A DNA stretch of 63,938 nt, filler included, from Octopus bimaculoides (GCF_001194135.2; 8 parts of 6 records of this genome joined end to end with filler, not necessarily neighbours in it), one strand, 5' to 3'. Counted from the first letter of the whole stretch, positions 10,950-23,031 are shown. Translations and numbers: made by a program. Notes: a model not told the origin generated them from the sequence alone.

Positions 10950-12162
10950 ATTAGAAAGTGGCTAGGCCTACCTCAGATATCGAACAATTCAACTTTCTAT
11001 TGTAAAAGAGGCTCGTTGCAGTTACCACTGGTGTCAATAGTCGAAATTTACAAACTAGGAAAGGCATGAACGGTGATGATGCTGAGAGAGATGAAGGACA
11101 GAAATCAAGCGTAATCCACCAAATGTAAAAATGGCTGGGAAGTGGAAAGCAGAAGCAGACTGATGACATTCTGTCTTCTCTTACACACTGAAATATGGTG
11201 GGTGCAATACAAATTCATCAGAAGGGACTTGGTATTGGCACAGATCAGTTCAGACCATTTGCAAATATGATGCAGAGCAAACACAGATCTGTTGTTAGAA
11301 ACAGCATCAAAACAAGGGAAACAAAGAGAAGAGAGCTTCATTTGATCCAATGCACTCAACAAGAACAGATGACGAGATGGAAGGAATATGTTGTTGAGAG
11401 AAAAATAAGTTGGAATGAGATAGGGAGGTGGACTACATCACGGCTAAGTTTTCTGATTCATTCATCCTATGATGTCTTGCCATCACCTACAAATCTAGTA
11501 AGATGGAATGTCTCAGAGAATGATATATGCAAATGCGAAAAGGTCAGAACACTGAAACATATTCTTTCCAACTGTTTGCTGGTATTGAATAGATATACAT
11601 GGAGACACGACCTGGTCCTTAAGGTTATCTTCAATGCTATAAAGGACCAAATTGCTCTTATCAGCAGTGGAAAAAATTCATTGAAAGTACCAACCAGAGA
11701 TTTCATTACTTTCATGCACTCAGGACGGCAGATCCATTTCAAGAAGAAACTTCCTGTGAGAGATGAAAAGTGGAACAGCTACTGGGCGGTGGCTTCAGAT
11801 TTACTGGGGTGTCAAGGATTCTTTCTCATCCCAGTTATGAAAAAAACGGATATTATGTGGTGTGAAAGAAAGTGGTGAATCTAGTCAAGTTAACAGTTCC
11901 TCATGAAGATAACATGGATGCCACTCAGGCTCGAAAGATTGACCGTTATGTAAACCTCCTTGAGGAATGTGAAGACACAGGCTGGAAAGCGGAGCATTTT
12001 CCAATCAAAGTCAGATGTGTGGGACACAATGTGAGGCAACTGTTGTTATTGTAAGACCTAATTCATCATAAAGTAAATACCACCATGAAGGATATCCTAA
12101 CTACAGTGGAAAAAGCTAGCCACTGGATTTGATTAAAAAGAAATGATGGGCAGCAGCTAGAA
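10950..12162 (+). mobile_element. 5'-truncated HERO-like RLE non-LTR retrotransposon
   Basis: RKWLGLP, RKISWNE, SYDVLPSPTNLVRW, CKC...LKHILSNC, RYTWRHD, KLTVPHED (ELTVPWE-like), RKIDRY, EKASHWI; matches the HERO C-terminal/RLE pattern. Confidence 0.85.
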
Positions 12163-12170
12163 GAATATTG

Positions 12171-12751
12171 GGATCTTTTTTAAAACAGGGGCCACATTTT
12201 TCATTAACGAAACACTTTGAAACTTGGAACACTGGTAGAATGTGTCATATAAAACATCTTTTTCTCTTAGTCTTCTTAAAAAAAAAAGAAATCCATAAGT
12301 TATTCCATGTTAAAGTTGTCGTATTTCTGTAATTTCAACCAATCACTGACATCCATTCAGTCGATATACATTAAGTGCCAACTACATAAACAAACGATTC
12401 TGAAACAATTAACCCTAACCCTAACCCTAGGGTTAGGGTTAGGGTTAGGGTTAGGGTTAAAGCAAATTTAAAATGAAAAAAGCAAATAAAACGAAGGTAT
12501 GGAGATTAAATACGCTTTTACATCGCTTAATCAGCCAAAGGAGTAAATATAAACAACTGAATACTTGTCAGTGATTGGTTGAAATTATCGAAATAAGACA
12601 ATTTTTTACATGAAATAAATTCGAATACAAAAATATTTTTCTGTTCTATAACACAAAATAGATAAGTATACGAAGTTTGAAAGTCTTTCCGTACCAAAAA
12701 CACTACGTAAAACATTAATGAAAAATGTGGCCCCCGTTTTAAAATAGATCC
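12171..12751. mobile_element. Fold-back MITE with 8-bp TSD (GAATATTG) and GG termini (Merlin- or MULE-like)
   Basis: TIR GGATCTTTTTAAAACAGGGGCCACATTTTTCATTAA pairs with 12717-12751; inner arms also pair (AATTTCAACCAATCACTGACA); GAATATTG at 12163-12170 and 12752-12759. Confidence 0.9.
12410..12459. repeat. Inverted telomeric array (TAACCC)3-TA-(GGGTTA)5
   Basis: Read directly: TAACCCTAACCCTAACCCTAGGGTTAGGGTTAGGGTTAGGGTTAGGGTTA. Confidence 0.95.
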
Positions 12752-13199
12752 GAATATTGAGATTTATTTGATAACCAGTTGATCTCGCAAATGGGGCCTC
12801 ATATCAGTGAGTGGGGAGGCGTGTGCAATGATGCCTTTGAGAGGTAGGCCCCAAAACAGTGCGCATTCTCTCCTGATGACCCCCATACACTTGCTGGCTT
12901 CTGGTATGTGGAGCTTTCGACTGGTAGCACTTACGTGTGCAAGTTGTTTGCAAAACATATATTCCCTAAAATATCCATCCAAATTTCACAAATGATGTAT
13001 CAAAATGTTTCTTTTCGAAGGCTCTCCAAGAAAAAGTATGATAGAAGTTAGGTTTAAATAGTTTCAAAAATTCATAGCAATTTCTTTTCTAATTCTGTTA
13101 CAGATTATTGCAATGAAAGTGAGATCATTACTCTTGCAAAACCCCACACACTACCATTTCTCCTCCACCTCATCACCACCATCATTCCTCCGGAGACAC

Positions 13200-14890
13200 C
13201 ACCAATTCATTCTCACTCTCTCTCCTAAATGAAGCTGTTCATACACAGGCATCATACAATCTGCCTTTCATTCTGAGTGAGAGGCTCTTTGTTAGAAGTA
13301 ACAGCTCTATGAACTTTGCCCAGCCTATTCTTATTCTAGTGGCTATGCTTTCAGAATAACCTCCACCACTGCTAAACTTGGTCACCTAAGTAACAAAACC
13401 TGTCTACTACTTCTAGGGATCACCCCTGGCATATGAGGGAGTCTATTTTTTGTACATTCCTGATGTTTAATGTACCTGTACATTTTCCACATGTAAAGAC
13501 TACTTTCTCAGTTAGTCTTCCAGTGATGCCACTGCACCTCTTATGTGTCCATAGGCTGCACTAGGTACACCATATGGAGTTTCTCCAACACTTTTTCTAC
13601 ATATCAAGCAGGGCCATCTCCCTGAAGGGAACTGTAACTTGTCTGTTTTCTTACTTATCAGGACTTTGGTCTTTACTAAATTAACTCTAACACACCTGAA
13701 ATTTCTTCTCTAGTTCTGGTAGTGATTTAGCAATAAGAAGGAGGTCATCAATATAGAGTAGCTCTGAAGGGCAGCCTGTCTTGAATTCCTGTTATAGCTT
13801 GGAAGACTATGATAAGCCAAAGGGGGCTGAGAACCAATCCCTGGTGGACCCTAAATCCTACTTGTACCCTAAATTCCTTGCTATTCTCATTGGCAAGTTT
13901 CACCTTACTGACAGCATCCCTGTACATGGCTTTTACAGCTCTCACCAACCACTCATCTATCTCTAGCTTCCTCACTGCCCATCAGATAAGGGAGCAGGGA
14001 ACCCTGTCAAAGGCTTTCTCCATGTCAACAAACACCAAATACAGAGGTTTATTTTTGGCTAAGTATTTCTCCTGCAGTTGCCTCACCAGGAATATAGCAT
14101 TGGTGGTGCTTCTCCCTGGCATCTTATCTAGACTCACACACTTCTTAATTAATTGAGCTATGACCCTTTCTGTAACTTTCATCACATGGTCCAGCAATTT
14201 GATGCTTCTGTAATTATTTCTTTGTAGCAGTTGACTATAATGCTGCTACACAAACCCTTGTGAATGACTCCCTCGTGGACAACCTTATAAACTATATGGG
14301 TGACTATGTCACATCTCACTCCACCAGATATTTTAAGTGTCTCAATGGTGATTTCTGATGGGCTAGGAGCTTAACATGCCCTTGATTGCTTTATCTACTA
14401 AGCTACAGTTGATTTGGATTGCAATCCCCTCTGCTGGGTCCACATTAGGCAGACTGTCCTTCCATGTGTTCTCTACATTTAGCAGATTTTCATAGTGGCA
14501 CTTCCAAGCTTCTTTCTTTGCAGAATCACTTACTGCAAGTGAACCATCATCCATGTGAATGCACTTCTCTCCTTTATATCATCACATTTTTCTCTGACAT
14601 GCTGTCTTGCAATCTGAAACACTTTAAGCCTCTGGTCCTCACGCTGCAAAACACTGGCAAACTTCCTCCTTTCTGCTTCTCTCCTGGCTAAGTATACTTG
14701 TCTTCTAGCCTACCTCCTAGCTACCTGATATAGTTCTTTGCTATCACCATTCTTCCAGTCCTTTCAGACCTGTTTCTTTGCTCTAATGGCCTTGTCTACA
14801 ACATCATTCAGCCATCATGCCACCTTAGGTTTGATTGAAACTTTGCACTAGGTACAGATTTGGTCTGTGGTACTCAGCAAGCTGCCCCGT
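13200..14890 (-). mobile_element. Degraded RTE-clade LINE
   Basis: KKEAWKCHYENLLN, LDHVMKVTERV, GRSTTNAIFLVRQLQEKY, FVDMEKAFDRVP, VHQGLVLSP, ELLYIDDL (about 13741-13764). Confidence 0.9.
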
Positions 14891-14908
14891 AGGAACTCCC
14901 AGTTGCCC

Positions 14909-14943
<35 letters not shown>

Positions 14944-14944
14944 G

Positions 14945-16463
14945 GGAGAATTCACAAAAAAAAACAACAGATGAAGACAGGTTGTGTAGACAACAAACAG
15001 ATGTATTAGTTTAATGCTCGGGAAGTGAAAAAGTCTTTAACGTTTCGAGCCTACGTTCTTCCACAGGAAGGAACATAGAAAGAAACAAGGAGAGAAAATA
15101 AAGAATGTGTAGTAGCTAGCGATCTATCATGGCGAATGCCGGACAGAGGGGTCACACAGGAGAGCTAGGAAGAAGGGGAGATAATAAAGTAGTAGTGATC
15201 CTAAAACAAAGGTGCGCGTGCGTGTGTATAAGAGAGTATATATATGTGCGTGTAAAAGATGACTGGTGACCTTGACATGTGCATGTATGTATGTGTAGGT
15301 GTGTGGATGTGGGGGTGGGACGTGGTCATTGCTAGTGTGTGCGTGGTGGTGTGATTTGATGTGATGTGTGGTATGGTAGTGTATGGTGTGGTGGTGTGTG
15401 GTGTGGTGTGATGGAGGTGGGAGGTGGGGGAGGCGAGAGTGGGGNNNNNNNNNNNNNNNNNNNNNNNNNNNNNNNNNNNNNNNNNNNNNNNNNNNNGGTG
15501 TAAGGGGTGGGGTGGGGCGGGAGCAAGAGAGAAGAGGTGGGTGGGAGGAAGTAGGTGTGAGGGGGAAAGAGGAGAGGGGAGGAGGTAAGATGAAGAGGGG
15601 AAGAGAGTTGAGCCCATGTGGCATAAAGTAGCGAAGAGAGAAGATTAATCCCTGTTCACAGCGCAAATAGGAGTCTGGATGGTCTCTGTGCAAAGACAAT
15701 CCGAACACAGACATTGTTGCAAAGAGTGACTAGTAGAGCGGAAACGGGGTGTCATTGCTGAGTCGGATGTCTCGGAGGTGTTCCACGAACCGGTCAGCCA
15801 AGCAGCGTCCCGTTTTCCCGATGTATAGAGAAGGGCAGAGAGAGCAGGAGATGCAGTAGATGACATTGGTAGAAGTGCAGGTGAAGGAATCGGTGATGTG
15901 ATAGGGTTGATGATGGGTGCTGGTGAGGAGGGTGTTGTTGGAGAGGTAAGCGCAAGTGCAGCAGTGTGGGCAGGAGCAGGGGAACGAGCCGGGTTGAGGG
16001 GGTTGGGTTAGGGAAGAAGCTGTAAACCAAGAGGTCTTGTAGGTTGTGGGCTCGTTTGAAGGAGGGGAGGGGTTGGTTAGGGAAGATCTGCGAAGTGGAG
16101 GGGTTGGACTGGAGTTGCTGGAAGGCTCAGAGAATGGTGCATTGGAGAGGTAGGTAGTGGGGTGGTAGGTGAGGGGAGACGGGAGACGGTGGGGTGGGTG
16201 CAGGGGAGAGAGCAGATGCACGATCCACAGAACATGCTCTGGCAAGGGCGGTGTGCATAGTGGTGAGGGGATATCCCCGTAGGATAAAGTGGCGAGCCAT
16301 GAGTTGAGACTGAGTCACAAAGTCATGGTCGTCACTACAGAGCCTGCGTAGATGGAGGAATTGGGAACAGGGGATGGAAAGCTTGGTGTGTTTGTAGTGG
16401 ATGGAGGAGAAGTTGAGGTATGAGTGTGAGTCTGTGTGTTTGTAGTGGATGGAGGTGGTGAGA
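14945..16463 (-). mobile_element. 5'-truncated Penelope-like element, Neptune-like (RT thumb, Cys linker, GIY-YIG)
   Basis: KHTDSHSYL, SIPCSQFLHLRRLCS, linker CSCPHCCTC, NVIYCISCSLCPSLYIGKTGRCLADRFVEH; (TA)n on both flanks. Confidence 0.9.
15039..15067 (-). ncRNA. Minimal hammerhead-like motif in the PLE 3' region (variant core)
   Basis: Minus strand C-CTGTGGA-A-GAAC-GTAG-GCTC-GAAAC-GTT; the core differs from CTGANGA and stem II has one mismatch. Confidence 0.4.
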
Positions 16464-16940
16464 ATATATATATATATATATATCTGACACATGCAACCTT
16501 TGCCTTGAGGAAGTATTGTGCATACTGCTAAGTAATAAGAACCTGGTAAACAAGCATGCAGAGAAAATTCCAAGATATTTCCACCATACCAAATATGCAT
16601 TTTCAAGATTAGACATCATGAAATAATAATGATTCAGGGAGCTTTCTCTCCTATTCTTTTCCACCCCACCTAAGTGTCTGTTCATAGCGGTGCACCTCTC
16701 TTTCTTTATATATGTATGGTTGCCCGGCTGTACGCCTCTCTCTATACAAATATATATTTTTACGTAGTCTCATGACCCAGCACTGTCAGATAATATTATT
16801 ATGAGTAATAACTAATAATACTTCAGTAACCTCCCACCCTCCCCTTCTCATTCCCCACCACCACCAAACACTACCTATGGGTGCCCACCCACGTGTCTAC
16901 AGTCCATGAAAGTATATACCTGTTTGTGTAGATATATATA

Positions 16941-18185
16941 TTAAGTTGTCAGTATGAAATTTGTAGAAAAGAAAAAAAACATTTGCTAATGTTTTATAAT
17001 ACAAGGAATAGCTTTATTCATCAAAGTATGCACCCATATTGCCCAGCCTCAAACTGAAAATGCCTGGCAATCTAGAGTCAATAAAATCTTGGAAGGCCTG
17101 TTTTACAGCATCATCGGAATTAAATTTTTTTCCTATCAACAAGTTATCCAAATTCTGGAAGAAGTGGTAGTCAGTGGGGGCAAGATCAGGCGAGTGTGGT
17201 GGATGATGATCTTCCAACTCCTGTAGTTTCGCCAATGTCATTTTTGTGATGTGTAGTCTGGCGTTGTCTTGCAATAAAATAGGAGTGGATCTGTTGACTA
17301 ATCTAGGCTGTTTTTTTCTAAGTTTCTGCATCATTTGGTCCAGCTGGTTGCAGTATCCTTCGGCCATGATTGATGAGCCGTGTTTAAATGAAATCATAAT
17401 GGATCACACCTGCGCCAGACCTCCAAACACACACCATCCGCTTCTTTTGATGAAATTTGCTTTTTGGACTGTGTTTTGGTGGCTCATCTTTGTCCAGCCA
17501 TTGTGCTGAACATTTACAGTTGTTGTATTGGATCCATTTCATTAAATTATTTTCCTATCAACAAGTTACATTCGATTGTTATATCACATGTTACATTCGA
17601 TTCATTTTTGTGACAAGAAAGTAGCATAATGCAGGCTTCCAAACGTTGCTGTTTCTAATTTTCATTGAGTTCATGTGGAACCGACTTATCCAACGTTTTC
17701 ACTTTACCGCTCTTAACTAGGTAATTCAATATTGTTTGCTTGTTAACACCAAACAACAACGATGATTCACAGGCACTTTGAGATGGATCTGACTCGACAG
17801 TGGCTTTCAGTTCATCATTATCCACCTTTGTTTCTGGTTGACCATGTTGCTCATTTGTGAGGTCGGTCAAACCAATTTGATACTGTCTGCTGTGTAATAA
17901 CATTAGAATGAAATACTCCATTAGTATTCCAAGCAGCCTGTGATGTTGTATTTTCAAGAAAGGACTCATATTTCAAAACTGTATGAATTTCTGATTTATC
18001 CATCACTAAACAGAAATAGCAAAAACGATTTACAAATACTTTATAAACTGAGTTAGAATAAAAAAATAGATGTGTAAGCTTTCTAACAAAAGATAAAGAT
18101 TGTCAAAATATAATAATGGTACAAAATGAGCAGCTGTCAAAGTTTACCATATACCTTACTACAAGTTTCATACTTGACGACTTAC
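16941..18185 (-). mobile_element. Full-length but dead mariner (D,D34D) transposon
   Basis: TIRs TTAAGTTGTCAGTATGAAA / TTTCATACTTGACGACTTAC flanked by TA, 1245 bp; GKVKTLDKSVPHELNEN, LLQDNARLH, HPPHSPDLAPTDYHFF. Confidence 0.95.
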
Positions 18186-18325
18186 TATATATACGTATAT
18201 GTTTGTATTTATGCATCTGTGTGTTTATATATACATGTAAATATTTCTATATGCACGTACTTGTATGTATATATTTGCATGTGTACATTAGTGAATTTAT
18301 ATCTATGTGTGGGAGCATGTATGTA

Positions 18326-18356
<31 letters not shown>

Positions 18357-18677
18357 CTGTGTATATGAATATATATATACACATGAATTGGTGTAGGTGT
18401 GGATATGTGTGAGCATGGATGGATGTGCACATATCTATGCAAATAGGAGACTAGGGGCATACATGTATTAATATACATGTATATACATGCACATATATAT
18501 TTATCAGTGTGAAGGTACCTATGCTTATGTGTGTATGCATACACATGTGTGACTAGAGAAATGTGCACATATATGTATATATATGCATATGTGCATGTCC
18601 GTGTAAATATGTAGATATTTATATGAATTTATGTATATATGTGCATCCATGAATGAATGTGTATGTAAGTATATGTG

Positions 18678-18738
<61 letters not shown>

Positions 18739-19069
18739 TTATATTTATATATGTGGGTGTGATAGTGTGAGAGTCTGCACGCTATGCTCAAGGTAGGTAG
18801 GTATATATTAATAATAATAAAGGAGTTACGACGCAAAAACGTATATAATTAAATGAACATATTTATCTTCTTCAATATATATTTCAGTATAAAGAATTCA
18901 TTAAGAGACTTCGTAAAACAAAATTCCTTTACACAACTTCAGGAAAAATAAATATAACACCAGAAAAGTACATTCAGTTTAAAAATACAAACTGTTCATG
19001 CCGAAAAAATTTCACAATTACAAAAACCGAACAAAATTTTTTTTAAATTTTACAAAAAGAATACTATTA

Positions 19070-19735
19070 CTTACATGCATGCACCCACATGTGCGCCCGT
19101 ACACACACGCACACACGTTCATGCGCATACACACATGCACGCTCACGTGCATATGCATGCATACACAAACATACAAAGTTCACAAGCAATAAACACATAC
19201 ACACACACACATACAAACACACACTTATACACACACATACACACACACACACACACACATCCACATACATATATATATAAAAATATTTAAAAAATTTTTT
19301 AAATATATTATAAAATTATATATACATATACACACACAAAAAACAAATATACATACACACATACAAAACACCACACACATACACACATACATACATATAT
19401 ACATATATATATACATGTACATATACATACATATACATACATATATACATATATATATCCATACATACACACATACAAAACACCACACACACACACATAT
19501 ACACACATACATACATATATACATATATATACATATACACACACACACATATACATACATACATATATATATACATATATATATATACACATAAATATAT
19601 ATACATATACATACATACACACATACATATACATACACATACTCACATACATACACATATATACACACACATTTCCACGTATACCCATGCACATGTATAT
19701 ACATTTGCACATGTATATGAACGGATGTACGTATA
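19070..19735. repeat. Compound (CA/TA/TACA)n microsatellite field
   Basis: Read directly; produces spurious VYVC/HTHT ORFs. Confidence 0.95.
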
Positions 19736-19739
19736 AGTA

Positions 19740-21478
19740 AATAGAGCAATAGCAAAACTAAAAATACTAAAACTCAGACCCTAATACCCGATCCAGCTAT
19801 AGGAGAAAATAAACAATGAAATTATCTAAACCAAAAATAAGTATGTTTGCGAACGTGAACACACCTGAACCCATTATACGTAAGTTTATTAATTAGTTTA
19901 TGTTTTGAAAATAGAATAAAAAACAACTCAAGATTGCACAAGTTACAATACCTCCTACCCTTATCGTAAGGGAAATTCCTCCCAATAATTGACCATTCTA
20001 ACGAAAAATTCTTATTTTGTTCTTTGAACCCCCAAATAAACCTACTAAGACTAGTACTAGCTATTTTACTCCTATCTCTAAACGTATTAAAGTGACAAGA
20101 AATTCTCCTACAAATCTTATCCGAAGAACAACCCACATAAACACTAACATCTGTATCGCTCTTAACCTTACACTGATACACCATATTCTTTAATCTCACG
20201 TTTGGACCCTCAAACCTTAACTTCCTGGGATTAATCTCTGTTACCTCAATCTTAGAACCTATAATATTATTACCTAAGTGAGGGTCCTCATCCCTATTCA
20301 TTCCATTCATGCCTGTCTTAAGAACTTTAGAATTATGCGCTGCAATAATCTGCTCTAGGTTATTAGTATTGGAAAAAACCAAACCTAACACTATGCGTAT
20401 TAATAATTTTACCGTAACGCGAATTTGCAGGGAAATGCTTACTAATTACCTCCCTAAACTGAGCTACCAAATTCGACTTAACATTTTTACCAAATGGTAA
20501 AATAAACCAAAGATAACCATCTTTAATATTATTAAAGCCTTTTGCAAAATACCTAAAACATTTAGAATTATGCATGACATNNNNNNNNNNNNNNNNNNNN
20601 NNNNNNNNNNNNNNNNNNNNNNNNNNNNNNNNNNNNNNNNNNNNNNNNNNNNNNNNNNNNNNNNNNNNNNNNNNNNNNNNNNNNNNNNNNNNNNNNNNNN
20701 NNNNNNNNNNNNNNNNNNNNNNNNNNNNNNNNNNNNNNNNNNNNNNNNNNNNNNNNNNNNNNNNNNNNNNNNNNNNNNNNNNNNNNNNNNNNNNNNNNNN
20801 NNNNNNNNNNNNNNNNNNNNNNNNNNNNNNNNNNNNNNNNNNNNNNNNNNNNNNNNNNNNNNNNNNNNNNNNNNNNNNNNNNNNNNNNNNNNNNNNNNNN
20901 NNNNNNNNNNNNNNNNNNNNNNNNNNNNNNNNNNNNNNNNNAGAAAGCCTAATTGAAATATTTCTAACTAAATTATCAATAATTCTTCTAGGGTGGTTAC
21001 TCCATCTACTTATATATTTCAGATTAGTAGACGGTTTATGGTACGGTCTATACGTATCGTTTTTTATATCAAGTGTCACATCTAAATAATTAGCTAGCGA
21101 AACATCATCGTAAGTGACACTCATTCCCATCCTATTAAAAAATCTAGATAACCTACCTTTAAGTCTCTGCAAACATTGGGTAGAATAATTCCTAATATAA
21201 AGAAGACAATCGTCCCTATATAAACCGCCCCTAACCATAGGGAATTGATCAGCCAATTCATACAAAATATAAGAACCCACAACATTCGCTATTTGTGCTG
21301 AGTCAGAACTTCCCATGGGAACATCGAAAGCATTAGGAGTATCTTTACGAATCCAAATCTTATCATTAAAAGAAATAAACGACTTCCTAGCAGCTAACAC
21401 TACTTTTATTTCATCCCTAGTAAGTCCTGCCTTGTTATGAAAGGACCAAAGAGCCTTATTTAGTACGATATATATACA
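19740..21478 (-). mobile_element. Penelope-like element, probably Hydra-type (RT plus C-terminal GIY-YIG), 5'-truncated
   Basis: FDVPMGSSDSAQIA, GGLYRDDCL, NYLDVTLDI, YRPYHKP, SNHP; EN: NMVYQC..VYVG..RR..CH..TF..STSLSRFIW..EWSI..CNLCNLE..LINK..CVH; one frameshift at A6 20373-20378; gap 20581-20941. Confidence 0.88.
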
Positions 21479-21710
21479 GAGCTGGACGTAAGTCTGTTAA
21501 TCATTAATTAATGAAGTTAACATTTTCGTTAATGATTTAACGTTTAAGTTAACTTTGAAAATCATTATTGGACTAGTTAACTCAAGTCTGTTAACTCAAA
21601 AATTTCATAAAAACTGGCAAATGTTTAAAAGTTTCTATTGTTTTCAGACTGTCTTAGCATATTTAATACTGTATGCATCATTCTTTCAACCCTGATATAA
21701 TGCCACTTAC

Positions 21711-21809
21711 TATTATAAATAACTTGTAGGACCTCATCTGGCCATGCCTGGATTTGAAACCAAATCCACCCACTTGTTGCTTGCAAAGACAGCAGGAAAT
21801 GTCTTTGTC
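21711..21809 (-). CDS. Candidate 99-nt exon (unassigned)
   Basis: Minus strand acceptor TCATTGTTCCCTCTTGACAG|, donor |GTAAGTGG; two open frames; no recognisable homology. Confidence 0.25.
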
Positions 21810-22139
21810 CTGTCAAGAGGGAACAATGATTGATGTGTTTCCACTTGATCCGTGACCTCGCTGTGTCATGGAGAGTTCAAATAGACAGCAAGTGACCTAC
21901 ATTAGTATGAGCTGTGCTTATAATTATTATAAATTCCAGTGTTCTCCAAGCAAGAGATCAGAGAGAATCTTGACTGCAGCAACAAGGCAGACAACTATAG
22001 CAGCCAGAATTGACCTTTCTTCCAGAAAGCACAGAATTGGGAGAAAAGCAAAATTAACTGAGGTGGATGTCAATAGAGAAAATATTGGCTTCCATAAAGT
22101 GGAAAAAATAAATGGAAGGAAAAAAGTTGGTAAATAGTT

Positions 22140-22425
22140 CAGTATGAACGTAAATAGCTGTTACATGGTAGCAGGGCATGCTAGAAATAGCAACCATATC
22201 CTTCCTTTTCTGGAAAAAGGAGCCATTTACATGTGATTTTGAGGTCACATTCGTTGAAAGCATCCAAAATAACCTGGAAAAGAAAAAAGACCTGCGAAAC
22301 AAAACACCCTTGGTAGGAAACTTTGAGGTTTCCACCACCCCTCCCACCTTTCTTTTCTGGAGGTCAGATACATTGAGTGCACCCAAAAAAACTGTGGAAA
22401 AAATTATTCCACACCGAGGTATGAA
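22140..22425 (-). repeat. Interspersed repeat, homologous to 62645-62790
   Basis: Minus strand ACCTCGGTGTGGAATAATTTTTTCCACAG...TATCTGACCTCC and CTAGCATGCCCTGCTAC recur on the plus strand at 62.6-62.8 kb. Confidence 0.7.
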
Positions 22426-23031
22426 ATATTTACCAAAAGAATAAAATCTTGTACCGATTATACCTGTATTTTAATTAATTCAAATTAATGTACCTCATCT
22501 TGAAAAGTGGCAATATTTTTGGCAGTTGCCATCTGGGATAATTTTAGTAATAAATCAAACAGGTAAGATGCATTAAGAATTTCAATTTTAGTGGTTATCC
22601 ATAATGTTAGTGCTTTTACACCTGTTAATTAAATTTACCTGCCCATAAAAGTCAAATTTACTCAGCAAGATCAGCTAAAATTAAATAACTATAAACCAGT
22701 GGTATATAAAGCACCCACTGACAAAATTTCAAACCTATATGTAAAAAATTTACAAAGTTACAAGTAAATATTGTGGACACCCCTTTTGAACCTGAATAAT
22801 TCAAAATAACATGAACAAATAAGCATCGCATTTGACAGATTAATATGAACACTAAAGATGTTTTAGGTGTTTTTTCTTATGCACACACACACACATAAGA
22901 TGGCCTCGTTCAGTTGGGACTACATGTGTGTTTCTTTGACATCATCATCCCATAAAATTTGTTTATGGGGAGAAGAATATTGAAAAATATCAATAGATGT
23001 GTGAGTGAGAAAGAAATGAGGAGGGAGGTTT

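Noticed and set aside
12410-12459. Ancient chromosome end-to-end fusion site
   Set aside because: Wrong polarity (fusion gives TTAGGG then CCCTAA) and it lies inside a TSD-flanked MITE
18116-19755. Many 60-176 aa ORFs rich in YI/VC/HT (also 28-31, 39, 48-51, 55, 58-60 kb)
   Set aside because: Translations of dinucleotide and tetranucleotide microsatellites
21940-22129. Plus-strand open frame between AG and GT (CSPSKRSERIL...)
   Set aside because: No recognisable motif, weak donor, conflicts with the minus-strand candidates; kept only as unassigned
22054-22444. Protein-looking ORFs on both strands with a plausible acceptor
   Set aside because: Sequence recurs, internally deleted, at 62645-62790, so it is a repeat
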